Shown here one piece after another: positions 59,118-64,000 of a DNA stretch of 64,000 nt. A program made the position numbers and the translations under genes. This DNA is from a bacterium (GTDB lineage: Bacteria > RBG-13-61-14 > DATKZS01), in contig CAXXFL010000005.1 of assembly GCA_963674965.2 (NCBI GenBank), forward strand, positions 576,001 through 640,000, in the 5' to 3' direction. A model generated the notes under the pieces. It searched no databases and was not told where the DNA came from. It was given only the letters and a program-made list of their open reading frames with translations. Numbering within the stretch: position 1 is the first letter of the stretch; the number at the start of each line of letters is the position of its first letter.

Positions 59118-61430
59118 TCATGGGACCCGGACGCTTTTAACCTTTATATTCACGGTGGGATGGGAAAAAGAGGGGAAAGACTGATTTGTAAAATATACCC
59201 GGGAGGAGTCGTTGGACCAGTCGAACTTGTGATACCAGTTCATTATGGCGGCCCTTTCCACGACGCCGGATTCCGCGTCCAACACGTAAAGATCGCCGGC
59301 GATTATCCCCTTGATCATCATGCCATTGGGGGGGGGTTGCATGAAGGCCACCTTCTTTCCGTCGGGCGAGGCTTTCCAGTCACCCGCGGAAATAGGCTCG
59401 GGAAGAGGGTATGCCTTGGCCGCGTCGGACTTGTAGTCCAGCCGGATGAGGGAGGTGATGCGGTCGTTCTGGTCCTCGATGGCCGCCCAGATGTAAGACG
59501 ACCCTCGCGCCTGGATACTGGGCGCCAGCCACACGCCGCCAAGCTCCGTTATGGTCCGGGTCATGGGATACTTCTTGAAATCGTCGGGGTCCGCCACCAG
59601 AAAGCCCTTCTCTCCCCGGTTGACCAGGGCCAGGCGGCTTTGCGGGTCGAACCGTATGCTCTGGACCTCCTCGCCTCCCAGCTCGAGCGGATAGGTCTCG
59701 TCCGCGTCCGGCTTCTTGCGGAAAAGGAAGGCGTACGTGTCGATTCCCTCCTCCGGATTGGGCCTTTGGAACAGAACGGGCTGGTCGTTGACGTCGAACA
59801 TTTTAAAGACTTTCTTATTCCCCCTGGCCACCACGTCGAAGGTCTTCTGGCTCCAGAAGCTTGCCACGAAAAGGTCTTCCTGCCCTGGCGCCGTTTTAGA
59901 GAAAAACAATGGCTCCATAAAAGCAACCTTGGTTCCGCGCAAGGACCAGGGATCGAATGAACCGAATTGGCCTATAATCAAATCGGGACGGGAAATTAAG
60001 AACGTGGGAGTGAAAGAGTCGACATCTATAATGAAAAGGCTCATCAGGCTGCTACTTTCCAAAACGGACTTGACCATTAACTCGACGTCCTTACTTTTAA
60101 ACGCCTTATAGACTTCCGGAGAATCCGGCGTGTAGGTTATCGCGGTCAATATCATCTTGCCGCTATGAGACAGGGCGTCATCGGAGGTAATGGTTCCCCA
60201 GTATTTTCTTGGCCAGGCGGCCACGCTTCCGTTCCTTTTATCAACGCGGCTGTAGGTAAGCTGAAATTGACTTGGGGCGGTCATTGGCCGAAAAGGGACC
60301 GAAGCGGAGACGACAAGGTAATTGCCGCCGGTATTGATAAGCGAATTAACAAGGATATTGTCGGGAATGACCCCGATGGTTTCCTCGTTTCTTTCAGACG
60401 CAAACTCCAAACCAGCCAGTATGCCCAGCATGGCCGGAATGGAAACCATCCCCGCCAGCAGGTGGCGGCGAGTCAATATAGGAGGAAGCCAAACAAGGGC
60501 CGCTATTGCAAAGGCAAAAAAGCAATGGATCATGGCAATGGTAACGAAGTCTGACCCGTCGGGAAAGAAACCAAGCAACGGGGATGTAGAGGAAAACATA
60601 CAAAAGTATTGAAAAGCTTTAGCAGAACGAGACTTTTGAGAATCATTGAGAAAGAGTGCAAATAATATTATAAGCACTACTAAAAAAGTAAAGGTCGGGA
60701 GAAAAGGATTGAACAACCCAAACGCTAAGCATATTATGGCGAGGGTTAAAAAAAAAGCGCTGAGAAAAATTGCGATTATAATCGACGCCTTTCTTGTTTT
60801 ATTGAAATCCTTTTCACCACCCAGTTTATTTAAAAACTTCGCCGTCGCCTCCGTCTCTTGTGGCGCTCGATTCTTTAAGTATCTGAAGAAGGTCCGGCTA
60901 CCGGCGTTGATTCGGCCGGGACGGATCGTTTGATTGTCCGCAAGTATTATCTTTGCGCCTGACAGGATCGAGTAGTCCAGCTTCTTAAGGTCATTATAAT
61001 GAAAGCTCCAGCGCGGTCCGTGGACGGTCTCGGCAAGGCAGGTTATGGAGCGTATACGCGCGCCGAGAGATTCCGCCAGGTTAAAGATAAACCCGAAAGC
61101 CAGTGCACACATGATTGTAAAAGAGACGAGGGAGCTTCCCTGCCCGAGAAATGCAAGGTCGAGGGCCATAAAGGAAAGGAGGGCGGCCACGGTGAGGTAG
61201 CGGGGCCAGTTTTGTCCGGCCGTTTTGATTTTGGCTTTTTCCATGATCCTTTTGGCCAGGACCTTGGCGGCCGCGTTCACGGCGGCTTTTTCGGAAATCC
61301 CGCTTTGTACCATCTCCCTTATCATGGTCTCGGCCTCGGTCCTGGCGAGCCGCCGGGCCTCGTCCCGTTCGCGTCCGTATCTTTCCAGGGTTATGGCCGC
61401 GTCCTCGATTATTTTTTCAATTCTATGCAT
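59118..61430 (-). CDS. Hypothetical membrane protein with a C-terminal TolB-like beta-propeller region
   Basis: Multiple TM segments. SPDGKKVAF, WS..GTKVAF and WSNDSSRVYF motifs. Confidence 0.65.
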   Translation of the reverse strand: MHRIEKIIEDAAITLERYGRERDEARRLARTEAETMIREMVQSGISEKAAVNAAAKVLAKRIMEKAKIKTAGQNWPRYLTVAALLSFMALDLAFLGQGSSLVSFTIMCALAFGFIFNLAESLGARIRSITCLAETVHGPRWSFHYNDLKKLDYSILSGAKIILADNQTIRPGRINAGSRTFFRYLKNRAPQETEATAKFLNKLGGEKDFNKTRKASIIIAIFLSAFFLTLAIICLAFGLFNPFLPTFTFLVVLIILFALFLNDSQKSRSAKAFQYFCMFSSTSPLLGFFPDGSDFVTIAMIHCFFAFAIAALVWLPPILTRRHLLAGMVSIPAMLGILAGLEFASERNEETIGVIPDNILVNSLINTGGNYLVVSASVPFRPMTAPSQFQLTYSRVDKRNGSVAAWPRKYWGTITSDDALSHSGKMILTAITYTPDSPEVYKAFKSKDVELMVKSVLESSSLMSLFIIDVDSFTPTFLISRPDLIIGQFGSFDPWSLRGTKVAFMEPLFFSKTAPGQEDLFVASFWSQKTFDVVARGNKKVFKMFDVNDQPVLFQRPNPEEGIDTYAFLFRKKPDADETYPLELGGEEVQSIRFDPQSRLALVNRGEKGFLVADPDDFKKYPMTRTITELGGVWLAPSIQARGSSYIWAAIEDQNDRITSLIRLDYKSDAAKAYPLPEPISAGDWKASPDGKKVAFMQPPPNGMMIKGIIAGDLYVLDAESGVVERAAIMNWYHKFDWSNDSSRVYFTNQSFPSFSHPTVNIKVKSVRVP

Positions 61431-61541
61431 GCTCTTCTAAAATCTCCCGCCTAAATGTTATCATAGGGCGCGGGGGTTTTGCATATGTCCTTTTCATTCA
61501 TACGGCCTTTGGCCCCCAAGCAACTTGCAAGGAGGTAATCG

Positions 61542-62540
61542 ATGTCGAACACGCGTACGAACATGCCCTGGGACGCGACCCAGATCAAGATCAAGAACCC
61601 GCTTCGAGGCATAGGCGTTCTTCTCGTCATTCTGGCGATCCTTTTCGTCATCACCGGTTTCAAGCAGATGATGTTCACTATCGACCAGGACTCGGTGGGG
61701 CTGGTGCTCCGTTTCGGCCATCTCGACCGTGAGGTGGGTCCGGGTCTTCACTTCAAGGCGCCCTACGGTATCGAGGACGTGGAGGAGATAGCCGTCCAGA
61801 GTCAGAAAAAGGAGGAGTTCGGGTTCCGCACCCTCAAGTCGGGCGTTCGCACCCAGTACGACAAGCAGGGCTTCGAGGCGGAGTCGATCATGCTCACGGG
61901 CGACCTGAACTCGGTGGACGTTCAATGGGTGGTGCAGTACCGGATCACGGACCCCTACAAGTATCTGTTCAAGGTGAGGAACGTGAACGAGACCTTTCGC
62001 GATATCAACGAGGCGACCATGCGGGAGATCATTGGGGACAGGTCGGTGGACGAGGTCATCACCTGGGGCAAGGAGGAAATCAACCGGGAGGCCCTCAAAA
62101 GGCTCCAGGAAAAATGCGACCAGTACGAGACGGGCGTCACCATCCAGGTGGTCCTCCTCCAGAACGTCAACGTCCCGCCCCCGGTGCAGCCGTCGTGGAA
62201 CGAGGTCAACGCCGCCGAGCAGGAAAGGGACAAGCTGATCAACCAGGCCCGGGCCATGTACAACACCGAGGTACCCAAGGCCAAGGGCGAGGCCGAGCGC
62301 TCGATCAAGGAGGCGGAGGGCTACGCCATCGAGCGGGTCAACCACGCCCTGGGCGTGAGCGGCAAGTTCAATCAGGTATACGAGGAATACGCCAAGGCGC
62401 CCGAGGTCACGCGTCGGCGGATTTACCTCGAGACCATGGCCGAGGTCATCCCCAAGGCGGGCCGCAAGATCATCGTGGACTCGGAGGAAAAAGGCCTGCT
62501 CCAGTTCCTTGACGTGGGCGCGGCGGGAGGTGGGCAATGA
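61542..62540 (+). CDS. hflK: FtsH protease modulator HflK
   Basis: SPFH domain, MLTGD.N, VTRRRIYLETM, adjacent to hflC. Confidence 0.94.
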   Translation: MSNTRTNMPWDATQIKIKNPLRGIGVLLVILAILFVITGFKQMMFTIDQDSVGLVLRFGHLDREVGPGLHFKAPYGIEDVEEIAVQSQKKEEFGFRTLKSGVRTQYDKQGFEAESIMLTGDLNSVDVQWVVQYRITDPYKYLFKVRNVNETFRDINEATMREIIGDRSVDEVITWGKEEINREALKRLQEKCDQYETGVTIQVVLLQNVNVPPPVQPSWNEVNAAEQERDKLINQARAMYNTEVPKAKGEAERSIKEAEGYAIERVNHALGVSGKFNQVYEEYAKAPEVTRRRIYLETMAEVIPKAGRKIIVDSEEKGLLQFLDVGAAGGGQ

Positions 62541-63466
62541 AAAAGCTTGGCGCGGTCATGATCGGTCTGTTGGTCGTGCTGTTCCTGGCGACCGTTTTCA
62601 GCGGTCTTTACACCATCCGGGAGGACCAGCAGGTAATTATCACCCAGTTCCAGGCGCCGGTGGGAGACCCCATTACCGAGGCGGGCCTGCACTGGAAAGT
62701 CCCCTTTATCCAGGAGGCCAACTACTTTGACAAGCGCTGGCTCGAGTGGGACGGGGAGCCCAACCAGAAGCCGACGCTGGACAAGAAATACATCTGGGTC
62801 GATACCTACGCCAGGTGGCGCATCGCGGAACCGAAGTTGTTTTTTATGCGGGTCAAGAACGAGGAAGGGGCCCAGGCGCGCCTGGACTACATCCTCGATG
62901 GCCAGACGCGGGAGGCCATATCCAAGTACAAGTTGCTCGAGATAGTGAGAAGCGAGAACCGGGAGTTCGTGGTGCCCGACGACTTTGACGACTCGGAGGG
63001 CAAGGCCAAGTCCGAGACCATCGAGCACGGCCGGGCGGCGATCATGGCGGACATATTGAAGGCGGCCAAGCCGGCGGCGGCCGAGAGCGGCATCGAACTG
63101 GTGGACGTCCGTATCAAAAGGATCAACTACATCCCCGACGTAAGGACCAAGGTTTACGAGCGGATGATATTCGAGCGCAAAAGGATCGCCGAGAAGTACC
63201 GCTCCGAGGGCAAGGGCGAGTCGGAGAAGATACTGGGAGACATGGAGAAGGAGTTGAAAAGGATTCAGAGCGAGGCCTTCAAGCGCTCCCAGGAGATCAT
63301 CGGCGAGGCCGACGCCAAGGCCACGAAAATTTACGCCGAGGCCTACAGCAAGGACCCCGAGTTTTACGCCTTCTGGAAGTCCATGGAGACCTTTAAGGAA
63401 ACCATCGGCAAGGATACCTGGCTCATCCTCGGCACCGAGGGCGAGATGTACAAGTACATCAAATAG
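62537..63466 (+). CDS. hflC: Protease modulator HflC
   Basis: GLHWKVPFIQ, DVRIKRI, ERKRIA..YRSEG and DPEFYAF motifs. ATGA coupling to hflK. Confidence 0.94.
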   Translation: MKKLGAVMIGLLVVLFLATVFSGLYTIREDQQVIITQFQAPVGDPITEAGLHWKVPFIQEANYFDKRWLEWDGEPNQKPTLDKKYIWVDTYARWRIAEPKLFFMRVKNEEGAQARLDYILDGQTREAISKYKLLEIVRSENREFVVPDDFDDSEGKAKSETIEHGRAAIMADILKAAKPAAAESGIELVDVRIKRINYIPDVRTKVYERMIFERKRIAEKYRSEGKGESEKILGDMEKELKRIQSEAFKRSQEIIGEADAKATKIYAEAYSKDPEFYAFWKSMETFKETIGKDTWLILGTEGEMYKYIK

Positions 63467-63534
63467 GGGAAATTGCGCGGTCCCTTTTTACAGGGCGCGA
63501 GGAAAAGTAGAAGAAATAGAAGGAGGAATTTATC

Positions 63535-64000
63535 ATGGCCACGCTGGCGGAATTATTGGACAATCCCGGCGTCAGACTGGACGCGGTAACCATGCACCTT
63601 GACAAGCTAAATCACACGGAAAGGATCGGCCAGGTCGTCGCGTTGAATAAAAAGCAGCAGATGAAACTCTGGGACATAGCCGAGAGGTCCAGGCCCATGA
63701 CCCTCGAGTACCTGGTCCCCAAGACGGCCGGCCCTCTCGAGGCCTTTCCCTTCGAGGGCAAAAACTCCCTGCCCCTTTTCACGCGCTTTCAAAAGGTATT
63801 CTACCTGGACCACGACGGGAACGTGTGCGGCTATAACAACCAGAAGCTTTCCTGGTTCACCGGTCCCGGATATTACGTGACCCAGCTTAACCCCAAGGCG
63901 GAGGAGTACGAGCTGCAGGTGGATTACACGCGTCCGCCAAAGGAGCACCCCGCGGGATGGCCCGAGATCAAGTCCAATGACGTCTTTCCCAGCATGTTCA
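63535..64000 (+). CDS. Hypothetical protein, 3'-truncated by the window edge
   Basis: AAGGAGG RBS, then ATG MATLAELLDN...GKNSLPLFTRFQKVF...GPGYY, open to the end. Absent from the ORF track because it has no stop. Confidence 0.75.
   Translation, partial: MATLAELLDNPGVRLDAVTMHLDKLNHTERIGQVVALNKKQQMKLWDIAERSRPMTLEYLVPKTAGPLEAFPFEGKNSLPLFTRFQKVFYLDHDGNVCGYNNQKLSWFTGPGYYVTQLNPKAEEYELQVDYTRPPKEHPAGWPEIKSNDVFPSMF

Overview
GC-rich bacterial chromosomal segment. The gene content looks deltaproteobacterial/Myxococcota-like, which is an inference only. Housekeeping genes include tmk, coaE, ribF, leuS, a stand-alone sucD, a MarR-led fadN/thiolase beta-oxidation operon, fluC/crcB, tamA/tamB, an FMN-binding glutamate synthase and hflKC, plus GH2 and GH4 glycosidases. 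The dominant feature is a 10.5 kb gene (14854-25404) for a ~3,500 aa secreted modular protein. It carries Ca-binding DxDxDG repeats, three beta-propellers, Ig-like domains, an intact-looking clan CD (C13/caspase-like) His-Cys peptidase domain and a dockerin-like C-terminal module. Its DNA is visibly mosaic, switching between C-rich, AT-rich and G-rich blocks. Other oddities: strong CTCGAG over-representation, a 186 bp MITE with a 4 bp target duplication and internal REP-like palindromes, an AT-rich tandem pair of immunity-like secreted paralogs, a CAT-like acyltransferase pair in which one copy has lost the catalytic His, an AIM24 triplet, a lone HsdR_N nuclease gene, and an operator array upstream of glutamate synthase. 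No rRNA, tRNA, CRISPR array or transposase was recognised. All family calls come from motif recognition by eye, with no database searches.
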